The notes beneath the pieces are model-generated. The model worked only from the letters and a program-made list of their open reading frames with translations, was not told the DNA's origin and searched no databases. Of a stretch of DNA of 64,000 bases, positions 1 through 15,854 are shown in pieces. This DNA is from Octopus vulgaris (lineage: Eukaryota): assembly GCA_951406725.2 (NCBI GenBank), contig OX597826.1, positions 7,192,001-7,256,000 of the forward strand, written 5' to 3'. The translations under genes and the position numbers were made by a program. Within the stretch, counting starts at the first letter, position 1. Every line of letters starts with the position of its first letter.

Positions 1-414
1 TAGCGAGCGTCAGGAAGAGAGAAAGGCAGAGAGAAAGGCAGATCCGAGGAATATGAGGGAAGGAAAAAGATATAAAGAGAAACATTACACAAGAAGAATG
101 AAAAGAAGAATAAAACATTGAAAGAGAAGAAAAGAATATAGAGAAGGAAGGAAAAAAGGTAAGAGAGCATGGAATAGATTAATAAAGAAAATGGCGAAAA
201 GCAGGGCAATGAAATGATGGCAGCAAGGAAAAAGGAAGGAACGAACGAACGAACTAGGAAAGAAGGGAGAGAAAAGGAAGGAAGGGAAAAGGAGGGGAGG
301 ATAGAAAGAAAGAAAAAACGAGCGAACGAGAGAAGGAAAGGAAAGAAAGAGGATAGTAAACAATCGAGATGGTGATGATGATGATAATGATGATGACGAT
401 GACGATGAAGAGGT

Positions 415-438
415 ATAATAATAATAATAATAATAATG

Positions 439-527
<89 letters not shown>

Positions 528-650
528 AAGAAGAAGAAGAAGAAGAAGAAGAAGAAGAAGAAGAAGAAGAAGAAGAAGAAGAAGAAGAAGAAGAAGAAGA
601 AGAAGAAGAAGAAGAAGAAGAAGAAGAAGAAGAAGAAGAAGACGACGACA
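415..650. repeat. Compound microsatellite (AAT)n followed directly by (AAG)n
   Basis: Read directly; explains the poly-N/K/R/S/Y ORFs at 85-681. Confidence 0.98.
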
Positions 651-930
651 CTTCAGGAAATGTAACTGGTCTGAATTTTGATTAAATGTTACAAATATGT
701 CCATACGCATGTTGGCGTTTATTTATGCAGAGAGAGTTTAAGTCACACATACATACAAACATGCAAGCGCCTTCTTGTGCTCACGCAAGCATAAACATGC
801 CCGTGCGCGCACACACACACACACAACTAACAGAAACACAAGCCCTTGGACGTTACATATTGCACACCTACACACACATAAAACTCTCTAACTTTTGAAC
901 TCGTTTCAACTCGGGAGCTGCGGCCATGTA

Positions 931-995
<65 letters not shown>

Positions 996-1315
996 ACATA
1001 CACACACGTATATAACTATGTGTGTATCCTAGTAGTGGTTTGCAGTAACGTCCAGGTTTTGTAACAAAGCAAGATGGGAAAGAAGGACGTTGTTTGGATA
1101 GAATTAGCTACTGTATATAGCATGTCAAGCTGACACAAGTGTAGCATACTGCCCCAGGAATACATAAAAAGATACAATAGACACGAAGACGTTATTTGAA
1201 TAAGGGGTTACATCCAGAGACACTATTTGGAAGCGCTGTTGATGGCTCTCTCTCTCTTTCACTTTCTCTGTATTTCTCTTTTTCTTTCTCTCACTCCCTC
1301 TGTCTTTCACTCTCT

Positions 1316-1348
<33 letters not shown>

Positions 1349-1489
1349 TACAAACACATACATACATACACACACACACATACAAACACATACATACATA
1401 CACACACACACACGCGCGCATTCACACGTTTCACATACGAAGTGGTAATCCCTCGTGTCAATGGAAGGGGGCTTTGTAATATCTACATT

Positions 1490-1735
1490 AACAATTTGCT
1501 CTGATGATTTGTTTGTAGCAATCATCTGTTCGTGTTATACATTAGCTTGCCCCCTCCATCAAATCCATGTTACCCGCACGGTATCCCACATGGCAAATGT
1601 CGAAGTGATCGCAGAGCAACATGAGATGTCGTGTATTGTTCAAGAATACAACACCCTACTCGGTCCGGAAATCGAACCCACAATCTCGCGATCATGAGGG
1701 CTAGGGCTACAAACTAACCACTATGTCATACTCCC
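1490..1735 (-). mobile_element. Diverged tRNA-derived SINE
   Basis: Reverse complement has a tRNA-like head (GTGGTT..GTAG...GGTTCGATTTCC) followed by TGTTGTATTCTTGAACAA, like the SINE heads at 42724 and 59472. Confidence 0.65.
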
Positions 1736-1777
1736 ACATCACACAAACATACAAACACACACATACACACACACATG

Positions 1778-2252
1778 CAGGGTGCAGACCGTATTTGAGG
1801 TTACACGCATTCGTAGTCATTATTTTCTTTGACTAATTTTTATTGAATATCTCTTTTAGAAAATAACAATGACAGGCCCTATACTTACTAATGAAATGCA
1901 AAAAGCATGCTGGGGTTGTGGCTTTGGAGGCTAAGCATGATGATTTACCAATTTCTCGTTTTCTGAAAGTTGCAAGATCTTTTGTCCACAAGATTCGGTG
2001 AGAGTTTGAAAAAGAAGATGGAAGCGTATCACCAGTGTCACAACGTAGAAAAAACATTACAAACGCTCTGATTCTATCAGGACACCTGAATTTATTTAGG
2101 ATGTTAAGCAAAACATTGAAGATAATCCAAGAAGATCAATGAGTTCAATTGCAAAAAAATTTCGTGTGTCAGAAAAAAACAACCAGAAATAATTTGAATG
2201 AAGACATCAGATACAAATCTTACGTGATGAGGAAAGGTCAATTCATGCCAGC
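1778..2252 (+). mobile_element. Tc1/mariner (maT/DD37D-like) transposon remnant: 5' TIR start plus decayed transposase N-terminal HTH region
   Basis: Begins CAGGGTG. Decayed translation ...ISRFLKVARSFVHKIR*EFEKEDGSVSPV...RSDSIRTPEFI*DVKQNIEDNPRRSMSSIAK...EDIRYKSYVMRKGQFM resembles maT transposase DNA-binding domains; stops and frameshifts present. Confidence 0.75.
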
Positions 2253-3465
2253 TGCAGTTTATAACGGTTTGTGCGACCATGTGGAGATTGTGATGAGGGC
2301 ATGAGGCCCTTGAGTTTGTAAGCTTTTCTTTTACGGAATGTGACTAGGAAGAACGGGATGCATTACTAAGCCTGGTCGAAATAAAATTGATGCACATAGT
2401 AGTTGTTTGGAATTCGTAGGTACCCTACGCTAAGCGTGTAGGAAGAATATTATTAACTTGATGAAGGACCAGGCAAATTATTTGAGATGAATAATCACAT
2501 TGATGGTAGAGGCGCGGAAAATAGGCCAAAAGTATTTGGTGTCTCTATCATGGATAGAGGTACGAATTATAGCAACAGTCGTTTTATTTTCATTGCAGAA
2601 CAGACTGAATTTTTGATTTTTGCACTAGCGATGGCAGTAGGAGATGAGTGCCAGACACAGGGAGAATTATGCGTACCGAAATTCACCAAGGTTGAGTTCA
2701 TAAACAAGGAAGTTGATTATAGATTTCAGTTATTACAAGCTAGTTGAGTTGTAGTTGAGGAAACGGAAAGCAGAGCGAAGGAGAAGGTAAAAAAAGAAAC
2801 GTAGATATACATACACAGGAAAATATATCATATAGACGCAGTGAAAAAAATTACAATTGCTATGAAAGTTCCATATTCTTTATCTTGATTATATATTCAT
2901 GCTTGCACCTGTAATCATAGGTTATGTTACTAGATGTTTACAATAATAATTTCGAATCTTTTGCGTTTTCAGGCAAAGAAAAATTACCATTTCACACACA
3001 GTTACTAAGAATTGTCTGTAAAAAGGACAGTAAAATGATGGATGGGATTATAAAACATTTAACATGAAACTGAGTACAGTTGTTGCTGTTTATATTGGAG
3101 TTGCGAGACGTTGTTTCCCAGATACAAAACAGAACAGGTTTTAGTTTATGAAATAAATTAAAAAAACGAAAAAAAAAAATTACGCAGAAGGAACAATATT
3201 TGCGTACGTGTATGAGTGTGTGTGAGAGTGTGTTAATGTGTCTGAGTGTGTGTGAGAGTGTGTTAATGTGTCTGAGTGTGTGTGTGTGTGTGTGTGTACA
3301 TACATGCAGGCACATGTCTACCGATCTATCTTCTCTCTGTTTCTTTCTTATTGTATCTGTCTTCCCTCCCCCTCTATTTCTCTCTCTATATATATGTGCA
3401 TGTGTGTGTGAGTTGTGTGTGTGGCGTGCGTGTGTGCGTACCTATGTGTGTATTGTGTATCTATC

Positions 3466-3650
<185 letters not shown>

Positions 3651-4029
3651 TGTAACTGTTTTTATTTGTTTATAATTTTTTGCTCCTTTTCCATTTGTCA
3701 AGCTTTTTCTTTTAACGTATATGTTCTTTCTTAAATCATAATATTATATAAACACAAACCGTTCTGTATATGTTTCAAAATAAATTATGAACTAACATGA
3801 TGATAAACGTGTGCATATGCTTCAACGTATACGTTTGTATGTATGTGTGTAAAAATCTGCAGTGTCTGTAAATATGAATTCCTATGAGTCTTGGCGCATG
3901 GTGGACGTTGATAAAACTACGAGTACATCACGAGCATTATAACGTTGTCTTAGACCTGGTCGAACGACAATATTTTGACGCCATATTGCAAATAATAAAT
4001 GCTTAGTTGAAGGGTATAGTTTTTGTGTG

Positions 4030-4200
4030 TTAGCGTCATTTCGTCCGTCTCCACGTTATGAGTTCAAATTCCGTCTAGGTCGACTTTACCTTTCATCCTT
4101 TCGGAGTCAATAATGTTAGCTCCAGCTCGTTAATGGTGTCAATGTAATCGACTACCCCCTCCCCCGAAATTACTGTCCTTGTGTCAACATTTGAAACCAA
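4030..4200 (+). mobile_element. Nin/Deu-domain-type SINE, 5'-truncated
   Basis: GAGTTCAAATTCCG..AGGTCGACTTTACCTTTCATCCTTTCGG motif shared with many copies in the window. Confidence 0.8.
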
Positions 4201-4250
4201 TGTATGTGTAAATGTATATATTCATATATATATACATATACATATATATA

Positions 4251-4434
4251 GTTGGAATTTACAAAAAGAAAAAATTAAAAGACGAAGACGGGTGGGTAAA
4301 CAACAAACAGAAGTATTAGTTTAACGCTCGGGAAGTGAGGAAGTCTTTTACATTTCGAGCCTACGCTCTTCAACAGAAAGGAACACAGAAATAAGCACAG
4401 AGAGAGAAAATAAAAAAGGCTAAGTGGCTAGCGA
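4251..4434 (-). mobile_element. PLE pseudo-LTR-like fragment between (TA)n tracts, with hammerhead-like motif at 4344-4381
   Basis: Homologous to 19051-19250. Reverse complement reads cttt-CTGTTGA-A-GAGC gtag GCTC-GAAA-TG-TA-aaag. Confidence 0.7.
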
Positions 4435-5476
4435 TATATATATATATGATTAATAAGTGGAATGACCACTAAAGTGGATTCCTATACGCTAGACATAGAC
4501 GTCAAATTACCACAAAGAGAGTGTTGTCAACCAAAAAAAACAGCAAACGCCAAAATGTAAAAAATAAGCAAGGCAAATGAAGATTTACACAATGAAACGA
4601 TTACCTATGTATCATGATTTCATTATTAATACTTGCAAAATACAAAATGCAAGTACCTGTAAATCCTCAGCTTAGCCTGTCGTATTTCGCAATTGATGTT
4701 AATTGATTGATATCAATTTCTACCCTTATTATTTTAATATATCTTTATTTGGATTTCTAATTATATTCTCCTATTGTTGTTTAAATCCTTTTGATGAGTC
4801 TCCTTCTGATGAAATAGATTACGATGAACACGCGCTAGGACCGTAGTCATGCGAACAATATATAATGATAGTAGTAACGCGTTGTCGGAGAAATACAGTT
4901 CTGCAATTTCGTGCTGAACAATTTGCGCAACGGATTTGTTTTAATTGATCAAATGTATGTGTGTATGTACTGTATATTAAGCATACTACCTCCACCAAAT
5001 CGACGTAGCCTGAACAGGTGTATGGAGTATCACTTATGAGGTGTTGAAGGGAAAGCAGAGCAACCCGAGAGGAATTATTTTGCCCAAAAACACAACGCAA
5101 CACCCGGTGAAGGAAGTGAAACTACTATCTGGTAATCGTGAGTGGATATAACACACTTGTTTTGCTCCTAGTAGTGAATTTGGCTCTAAAGGAAAGAAAA
5201 TTCCTTCTTGGTCAGGTATAGTTGAAGCTGTATATCTAATTTTTGAATTTAAACCTTGTTATTCTTTATCAAAACAAAATTATTTCCCCCAAAATGTCAC
5301 GAAAATGACTTCGGATTCAATACGCGTAGTTGCACCTACAGTCAGATACAGTCAGAAAATTTTCTACTTGACCACGTGCTGGGGAAATTGAGATGTGTAT
5401 AGTACACCCATATATATTTTATACCGTTAGATACGGTATAATATATATATATATACAGAGAGAGAGAGAGAGAAAC

Positions 5477-5541
<65 letters not shown>

Positions 5542-5542
5542 A

Positions 5543-5588
<46 letters not shown>

Positions 5589-5649
5589 GGTGGTCTCACG
5601 GAGATGTGGTCTCAAAGATACACACACAAAGGCACTGATATATATATAT

Positions 5650-5726
<77 letters not shown>

Positions 5727-7556
5727 TAGACAGATAGATAGATAGATATATACACACACACATATAGATAGAAAGATAGATATGCAAAAACGAGGGGCTT
5801 ATACTCGGTTTGCGTCCACCAAATTCCCTCAGAAGTCATTTGTTGGTACGCGACTATAATGGAAGATACTTGCCACGCAGTAAGACTGAATCTCAACCCT
5901 TCAGGTCACCAAGTAAGCCTCTTAACCACACAGCTCTATTAACAATATATGTGCGAAAGTATCCTAAAACTTAAAGAATGTTTTGGAAGGATCATTTGAT
6001 GAATGAAGTAATTGTTCACCATTAAATAGCCCCGCGATTTGATAGATGATCATTTAAGATTAAACTGAAGTAGTTTATGTCTTCTTCTTGCTTTGGAAGC
6101 ATCTGGTCTCTGGCTTGAACCCCACTATGTGGTGCCTTCTACTATAGCATCGAGCTGACCAATGCTTTGTGACCAGATTTGAGAAGCGGGAACTGCATGG
6201 AAGACTGTTGTGTGTGTGGTGGGCATCTTTGTCGGGCCCCCAATGCTTGAACAAAAAAATGTCGGTTCGTTTACCTTCACATAAATTAGCAAATCGAAAA
6301 GAATATTTAAAAAAAAAAAGCCGACTGATTAAGTACCAGCTAAAAAAAAAGAATAAATACTAGAGCAGATTAGTTCGACTAAATTCCTCAAATCGGTGCA
6401 CCAACTTGACTGCATTCCAGTGACTGAAACAAGGGAAACATGGCTACTAAAATAATTACGTCTGTACAAACTCTTTCAATTGAGCATTAGATTTGATACA
6501 AAAAAAAATGAAAATCTGCACTTAGTCACTTCACTGTTTAAAATATCAATCACTAAGTCTACCATTTCTTTCTTAAGCAAAACAATCCTACATGAATTCT
6601 TGTCTTTCTCCAACTAACAACCGTTTATCTTACAAAATAATTTATGGTTTATTTTTCGAAAACTACGCCAAAAATTATTTTGTATGAATTTCTTCTAAAA
6701 TAATGTATAATCTTTTTCATTTGATAGTAATAACTCTCCTTTAGATTTCACTACAATCATTTTGTCCATCTTTTATAATGTTCTCTCGTTTTTTTCTTCT
6801 ATTTTCACCCACCATTTTTCATCTATTTGTATATCTATGTATACCAGTAATTCCTAACGCTTCGTAAAGTTTCCTTCCGAAACGAAATAATTTGTACAAT
6901 TGTGACAATATTAACTTAAAAGAGATATTTATTCTGCATCACTGCATTGAGTTCTTTATCGTTTTAGTTCGTGGTAGTTCTTATTTCAAAAATCAAATAC
7001 ATTCTAACACACACACACACACATACACACATATACATACCCACACCATACATATATAGACACACTCATACGCACAAACGCACACACAAACACACACACA
7101 CACACGTATATATATATATATATATATATTAGTATTTCATAAGTTCATTTGTTTGCGTGTGTCTTAGCTGGAGTCTATTGCTTCACACATATACCGTTAT
7201 AGTCAAAGGACAAAAAATAAAATGAAATGAAATGAAGTAAAATACGATTAAATAAAATAACATAAAGAACACATCCGAACTAGAAAGTATTTGCATTTGG
7301 AATTACATATAATCTGTATGTACTAAAATTACATGGTACCTTGTGTATGTGAGAAAACATAAATATATCTTTAATTACAGCATTGAGCACATATGTTATA
7401 AGGTTATATAAGGGGCCATGTTAAAAGGGAATATTAAAGTAAAATAAATGATGTGAAATGCGTTTTCCACCTTTAAAATTCCTTCTTTACCGATTTACTT
7501 TAACAATTTCAGATCTCCATATGTATCAGCTGAAAAATTATCACAATGCCCAACAA

Positions 7557-7794
7557 TATGTACGTATGTACGTATGTATGTATGTATGTATGTATGTATG
7601 TATGTATGTATGTATGTATGTATGTATGTATGTATGTATGTATGTATGTATGTATGTATGTATGTATGTATGTATGTATGTATGTATGTATGTATGTATG
7701 TATGTTGTATGTATGTATGTATGTATGTATGTATGTATGTATGTATGTATGTATGTATGTTTGTTTGTATGTATGTATGTATGTATTATGTATG
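7557..7794. repeat. (ATGT)n tetranucleotide microsatellite
   Basis: Read directly. Confidence 0.98.
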
Positions 7795-8130
7795 CGCGAG
7801 GACATAGAAATAATCGGACTGAATACCCGATCGCGCGGTTAAACTATTGGGAGTGAAGGACTCCTAGCCTTTGTTAGGGTATCCTTCTCGGAGAAGGTAA
7901 CTCAGGTAACTGGGATAACTCCGATATAAAACCTGCGGCTCAGTGGTTACCGATGATGTTGACTTGTTCTTCTTTTCGGATTATGGCTGCTGTTGCTTAG
8001 TGAGTGGGATTGACTCAGTGCACAGCCTTTCCCTACTTTAAAAAAATCTTCTTGCACAGGCATTGCACGATAACAACATTGGTTAAGCTTCATGCAATGG
8101 CCATACTCGATAACGAGGGGGCAGCCACCA
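7795..8130 (+). mobile_element. Short non-coding RTE-related element (RTE 5'UTR-like motif plus RTE 3' end) inside an (ATGT)n tract
   Basis: TTAGGGTATCCTTCTCGGAGAAGGTAACTC..CGATATAAAACC resembles the conserved RTE 5'UTR motif. It ends TGGCCATACTCGATAACGAGGGGGCAGCCACCAT, like RTE 3' stem-loops. TATTATGTATG flanks both sides. Confidence 0.55.
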
Positions 8131-8429
8131 TATATTATGTATGTATGTACTGCAAACAGAAATAAAATAAATCTCGAGCACTGAACAGTTGTGAACTCAG
8201 CTTAGAAGAAACATCTACGGAAATGCCGGACCCGGGAGTTCACAATTCACTTTTGTGACCTTTGTTTCTCCTCGAATGAGCGACTACCTAGAACTTCTTC
8301 ACTTGGTTTGTCAGTATTTCTGTAAATTCTTGCGATGGCCACAAATGAGAGGGACAATTTGGAAGCGATCGGTTGTGTAAAATTACTGTCATTATGCACT
8401 GCACTTATGGTCACGGAGTACATATTTAA

Positions 8430-8900
8430 TATCGAACTACCCCTGACTTACTATAAAGCTCGAATGAAGATCTGAATACAGTATCGCTTCCACGTCTTGG
8501 ACGGTTCTAGTGCTACAATCCGAGACATCTTTGAAAGCATCAAAAGAGAGATCATTAGGCTGATAAGCATGGAAACCTTCATAGACAAGCTAAAAGCTCT
8601 GACCCTAGGGAACCGTATTTTCTGTGTTTATTGTAGAAATACTATAAAATAGTTTCTATTCCACCCAGTTGAATACTCTGTTACCTATTCCACTTAAGTA
8701 GTCAGGGTTTATTCATCCACCCTACTTTTATCATCTAAAAATTAGGATCCATTCCCACACTATCCTCTACCAGGTTTCGGATTATCCAGTGATTCCGACG
8801 AAACACGTCGATCTCTGGAGTATTGTGTTGCATATGTCTTTCCTTAAGTGTTCCGTGCAACATTTTCATCGCAACATTGGTAGCATACATCTAAAGTATT
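8430..8900 (+). mobile_element. Old CR1/Jockey-group LINE remnant (region C-terminal to RT)
   Basis: Decayed translation LTYYKA...HVLDGSSATIRDIFESIKREIIRLIS...KLKALTL resembles the LYKAQIRP..EYCSHIWGG..LDRIQKRAIRLI..LQPL pattern. Confidence 0.5.
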
Positions 8901-10986
8901 TTAAAGCATCAGCAAAACCCACGCCACTATCTTTTCTCAAACGTCAGTAAGTGAATAAAAAAAACAATGATTTTCTTGATATTAGTGCCCGTTTAAAGTC
9001 AATGTACCTCGTGGATTTTGTACCATGGAGTCGATGATTTTCTTGGCTCTTAACTAGAAAAGGGTCAATGCTTGTAAAACATTTGGAAATTAAAAGACAA
9101 AGCAGGAGAAACTAGCATCTCAGAGCCTTTTAATATAAGGTACTGCTATTTAAAATGGTTCCTATCATATAGATAGGATCCATACGATTTTCCAACATAT
9201 TCCAGTCTTCAATGATAAATATACAAATCTTGCTGGAGAATTTCAAGTTGGATCGCTGTTCGATACTTGAAATGCGACAACCGAAGAACTGGAAAGCCCA
9301 AACCACCTAGAAAAATTTTACACCTAACCAGTGAGATGTCCGAACGAAACAACAGTTAGGGTTTGGAATTGTTCTGTTTCGCAAATATCTGCATACGAGC
9401 GCACATACATACGAATACTTGTGCGTACACATTTCCTACACCACACACACGCACACACACACTCACTCACTCACTCACTCGCACACATATCTATATATGT
9501 GTGTTTACGTAAGATTGTGCCTAAAAACATAAAATATCTACACCCATGTGCATGTGTGTATTTATATCTCTGTATAAAGTAAATACACATATTTAAACAT
9601 AAGGTTGCTATCAACACACACACACACGCGCGCGCGCGCGCGCACATACACACACTCATATATACACACATATATACGCACATATATCCACATAGGCATT
9701 AACACAACCTTATAGGAAGACATCGTATATTTCATTAAATTAGAGTTCACTTTTAGATTTAGCAAATGTCTATGCATTTCATCCTAACCGTATTAGCTCG
9801 GATGGATCTGATGGTACCCTTACGTGTCACATCAACCTGTCTAATTCAATATCGATCTGGCCTTTATTGAATAACACAAGCATCAGCACAGCCATTAGAG
9901 CTTTAGCTAGAATATCATGGATATTAAAAGGAACGCATCAACACCAACTCTCACGCTCTAACTTTTGCTATTCTCATCAATATCATTACTTACACTAGTA
10001 TTATTAAATCAAGTCGAAACGAAACTAAAGAAAAACAGTTCCATCTTCTATACAAGTTCTTATACCTCACCATTTGTAGTGACATCATAAATGTATCTTC
10101 ATTTTGAAATACACGCACACACACAAGTACACAATGACACATACATCGTTGCATACACAAATATTTGACGCTAAGAAGTTAAGAAAAGCAAATCTACCAT
10201 CTTTCTTCTCCCATCTTTGTTTTTCTTTAACACCCGGCTTACATCTCTATGCTCTAACCAAGCCCGTCTTAGCAGATCTCAGGGCTTCTTCGATATCTGC
10301 CTACGGGATGTACGTTGAAGCCCTTTCGTGTCTCATACGATTGACTCCCAACCACTTCCTACATCCCTACAAAAATCTTTTCCACCGAGGCATGATTGCT
10401 ACTGACAAATTTTTCTCCCTTGCATGTCTCACCATTTTCCTGGAACTTCGGTACATCTAGGTCTTCCCAGTCTCCGTCAACGTGTCCCAATGTTGATGTT
10501 ATTGCTACCCCGTTGTTTGTGTTGCTACGAATAAAAATCATGTCTATTTACTTCGCATGCTTCTCATACGGACAGTGAAATTACTAGTGACGGTGATGGA
10601 GGTGGTAGAATTAAGATAAGGGGTATAACTGTTGTTGTTCTTACTCAACTAGCAGCTTTGATGACAATGGTGCGTATATATTGCTGTTGTTGTTATTGGA
10701 GTCGTTAATACGACTGGATAGATTAATATAGTAACTGTCAACGTGTTTCCTTTATGAAATTTGAACCACTTGGATAAAGTTCTGTTTGTTGAAAGTGAAG
10801 TGTAGGTTTGCTTTTTCACTTCAGTTTCTTCCTTTATTTTATCTTCTCTTATTATCCTGGCTACATTGTCGAACAATGTCATTTAAGATTTTGAATATTT
10901 TCGAAATAAAATGTAAATAATGATCTTAAATCAAATAAGGGCTGAAGGTCATTACCTAAAAAAATAAAATAAAATAATAAATAATA

Positions 10987-11393
10987 GGCGCAGGAGTGGC
11001 TGTGTGGTAAGTAGCTTGCTAACCAGCCTCATGGTTCCGGGTTCAGTTCCACTGCGTGGCATCTTGGGCAAGTGTCTTCTGCTATAGCCCCGGGCCGACC
11101 AATGCCTTGTGAGTGGATTTGGTAGACGGAAACTGAAAGAAGCCTGTCGTATATATATATATATGTGTATGTGTGTGTTTGTGTGTCTGTGTTTGTCCCC
11201 CTAGCATTGCTTGACAACCGATGCTGGTGTGTTTACGTCCCCGTCACTTAGCGGTTCGGCAAAAAGAGATCGATAGAATAAGTACTGGGCTTACAAAAAG
11301 AATAAGTCCCGGGGTCGATTTGCTCGACTAAAGGCGGTGCTCCAGCATGGCCGCAGTGAAATGACTGAAACAAGTAAAAGAGTAAAAGAGTAA
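10987..11393 (+). mobile_element. Full-length tRNA-derived SINE with a CORE-like segment and an internal (TA)n(TG)n tract (group 1)
   Basis: A box GGCTGTGTGG, B box GGTTCAGTTCC, CTTGGGCAAGT, 3' tail (GTAAAAGA)n; many homologous copies in the window. Confidence 0.9.
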
Positions 11394-11462
11394 TGAAACC
11401 CTGAGAAGGCTAGCAAACAACATGTATCCCTGCATAATACATCTCACTTTCTTAGTCAAACA

Positions 11463-11464
11463 AA

Positions 11465-11552
<88 letters not shown>

Positions 11553-11568
11553 GTTATTATTATTATTA

Positions 11569-11606
<38 letters not shown>

Positions 11607-11670
11607 GTTATTATTATTATTATCATTATTATTATTATTATTTTTATTATTATTATTATTATTATTATTT
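11463..11670. repeat. (TTA)n array, the target/tail array of the adjacent RLE elements
   Basis: Read directly. Confidence 0.97.
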
Positions 11671-11850
11671 AGTAGTTTTATTTTTATAGCGTGCTTTCAC
11701 TTCACTACCGAGCGCAGCTCTGTGTGCCTTGGGTATGTGCTGTGATTTGTTGTGATGCTCTGATGGTTATTGTATGGAAAGTGCAGTGCCTAGTAGTGCA
11801 AATTTCTGTATGTTATATGTGTTTGTATGTTATATGTGTCTGTATGTTAT
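11671..11850 (-). mobile_element. R4/Dong-like RLE retrotransposon family B, extreme 3' fragment
   Basis: Near-identical to 55293-55470; encodes NIQKFALLGTA-(deletion)-LSIQ* plus the 3'UTR; bounded by (TAA)n. Confidence 0.85.
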
Positions 11851-11869
11851 ATTATTATTATCATTATTA

Positions 11870-13562
<1,693 letters not shown>

Positions 13563-13585
13563 TATTATCATTATTATTATTATTA

Positions 13586-13638
<53 letters not shown>

Positions 13639-13657
13639 ATTATTATTATTATTTTGA

Positions 13658-13865
13658 AAAGGCGATGAGCTTGCGGAAGCGATAGCACGACAGCTTGCTT
13701 AGCAGCATTTCGTCCGTCATCACGTTTTGAGTTCAAATTCTGCTACGGTCAACTTTGCCTTTCATTGTCTTGGGGTCGGTGAAAGAAGTACCAGTTGAGT
13801 ACTGGGGTCAATAAAATGGGCTTATTCCCCTACTCCTGTAAGTGCTGGCCTTGTGCCAAAACTGA
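13658..13865 (+). mobile_element. Nin/Deu-type SINE between TTA arrays
   Basis: AAGGCGATGAGCTTGCGGAA head and GAGTTCAAATTC..CTTTGCCTTTCAT body. Confidence 0.8.
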
Positions 13866-13902
13866 GATTATTACTATTATTATCATTATTATCATTATTA
13901 TT

Positions 13903-14046
13903 GGTGTTTTTCTTAAGAAGTTGGCGGTACCCATGAGAACATTTTTTGTAGTTCTGTTCCGTTAGGGCTACCTGATATGTAGCCACAGTGTTTCAATGCG
14001 CTATTTAGTATTATGTCCAAAGTTCCAGTGATCACAGGTACAGTTG
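13903..14046 (-). mobile_element. R4/Dong-like RLE family D, old C-terminal remnant
   Basis: Translation TVPVITGTLDIILNSALKHCGYISGSPNGTELQK-VLMGTANFLRKT parallels the family A C-terminus; abuts TTA repeats. Confidence 0.7.
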
Positions 14047-14380
14047 GAGGGCCCTATGTCAGTGTCCTTCTATTTACTTCACTTTTTAAATGTCTTTAAG
14101 CTACGTTTTTCTTAGATTGACTCTGAATAGACATATTTTTACCACGATATCTAGTTTATTATACTCTTAGACACGATCACCTTGTGTTCTACTGAAGTCC
14201 CAATGAAAGTTGATATCTTTGTTTTTCTACTAATTTTTCTCGTGGTGTTCTTAGTAAATTAGGCGATTATAAGTTACCAATAATTGCTAGGACTGGATAA
14301 GTAAAAGAAAAATCCCGTGTACACATATGATACACATGTTTCTCTGTCTGTCTGTCTGCCTAGATGTCAGCCTATCTGCT

Positions 14381-14495
<115 letters not shown>

Positions 14496-15694
14496 TTACA
14501 AGCATATAGATAACGCAAATGGGCTGAGGTGCACTACAGTTGTTTCAAACATGTTTTATTGGTGAATATATTAATTACATCGTGTAAAAGAACAGTTTAC
14601 TTTAGGTGAATTTAAAAAAATAAAATTTAAAATTCAGAATTTTTCACACAAATAGTATAGGAAGTATAGTGGCTCCTTCATCTGGACAGCATGCTGGAGT
14701 ACACTCTTGTGTGATTTTAGACATAGGCTGGATGTATTTAGCCTATACTATACTGTGGATTACAGGATAAACAAATCCGTATATCCTTTAAGAAGTACGT
14801 GAGTGTCCGTACACACTGTAAATACGCTGGTATGCTATCCTCGATTCTCCCTTGGTGCGTTTGTTATTAAAATACTTCGATTCTATTGGATCCTGAAAAT
14901 AATTATACACACACATTATACACACACACATATTATGTATGTAAGCATGTATATATGAATGTATGTGTGTGTGTTGTATAATGCTTACATACATATATAT
15001 TCATATACACCTTGTTTTAATTATCGTGCTTCATTATATTAATTATTCTGTTATGCGTTTTTATGAACTTTTTAATCGTCCCCACCCATATATATTCTAT
15101 AATGCTTTTCATTCTATATTGCACCTCAGGACCTGCCTAAACTTCATTGTATTTTCACTATATTTAATGAATCCTTGTGGCTAATAATGTTCTCGTTCTT
15201 GTTGTTGCTGTCATCGTCGTCGTCGTCGTAGTCGTTGTTGTAGTTGTGATTATTATCATTGTTGTTGTTATTCTTCTTATCGAAATTTGACTCGGGTTAC
15301 AAAATATGTTAATGGTCACTGGTAAATTAATGAGGTTAATTTCGACACGGTTTTTAAGAAACTCTATCTTATCGTCAGAATAATTTTTGGGGAAAATGGG
15401 AAATATAATGGGTAGAGTCGTATAAGTAAAACGGAAAGGGATGCCTAGTAAAAAGAAACAAAAGCAAAAAAAGAAAAAAAAAAGAAAAGCACTAACAAAA
15501 AGCAACAAAGACAAAATCTATAACAACAATAACGATAATAATAATAATAATAATAATAATAGCAGTAACAGTGATAATAATAAGAATGGTGATGATAACT
15601 GTAACAATAAGAACAACAATAACAATAATAATAAATATAACATCAACAATAATAATAATAATAATAATAAATGATAATAATAATAATAATAATG

Positions 15695-15736
<42 letters not shown>

Positions 15737-15817
15737 GCAATAATGGTGATAATAATAATGGTGATGATAACAATAACAATAAGAACAACAATAATAATAA
15801 TAATAATGGTAATAATA

Positions 15818-15854
<37 letters not shown>

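Noticed and set aside
85-681. Long low-complexity ORFs here and throughout (poly-S/K/I/L/Y, YIYI, MYVC, YLSI)
   Set aside because: They are translations of di-, tri- and tetranucleotide microsatellites with no domain content.
3215-3290. 30-bp tandem repeat, about 2.5 copies
   Set aside because: Local duplication within a degenerate (GT)n tract; no spacers, not CRISPR-like.
10104-10578. Several 60-118 aa non-repetitive ORFs
   Set aside because: No recognisable motif in any frame; probably decayed repeat sequence.
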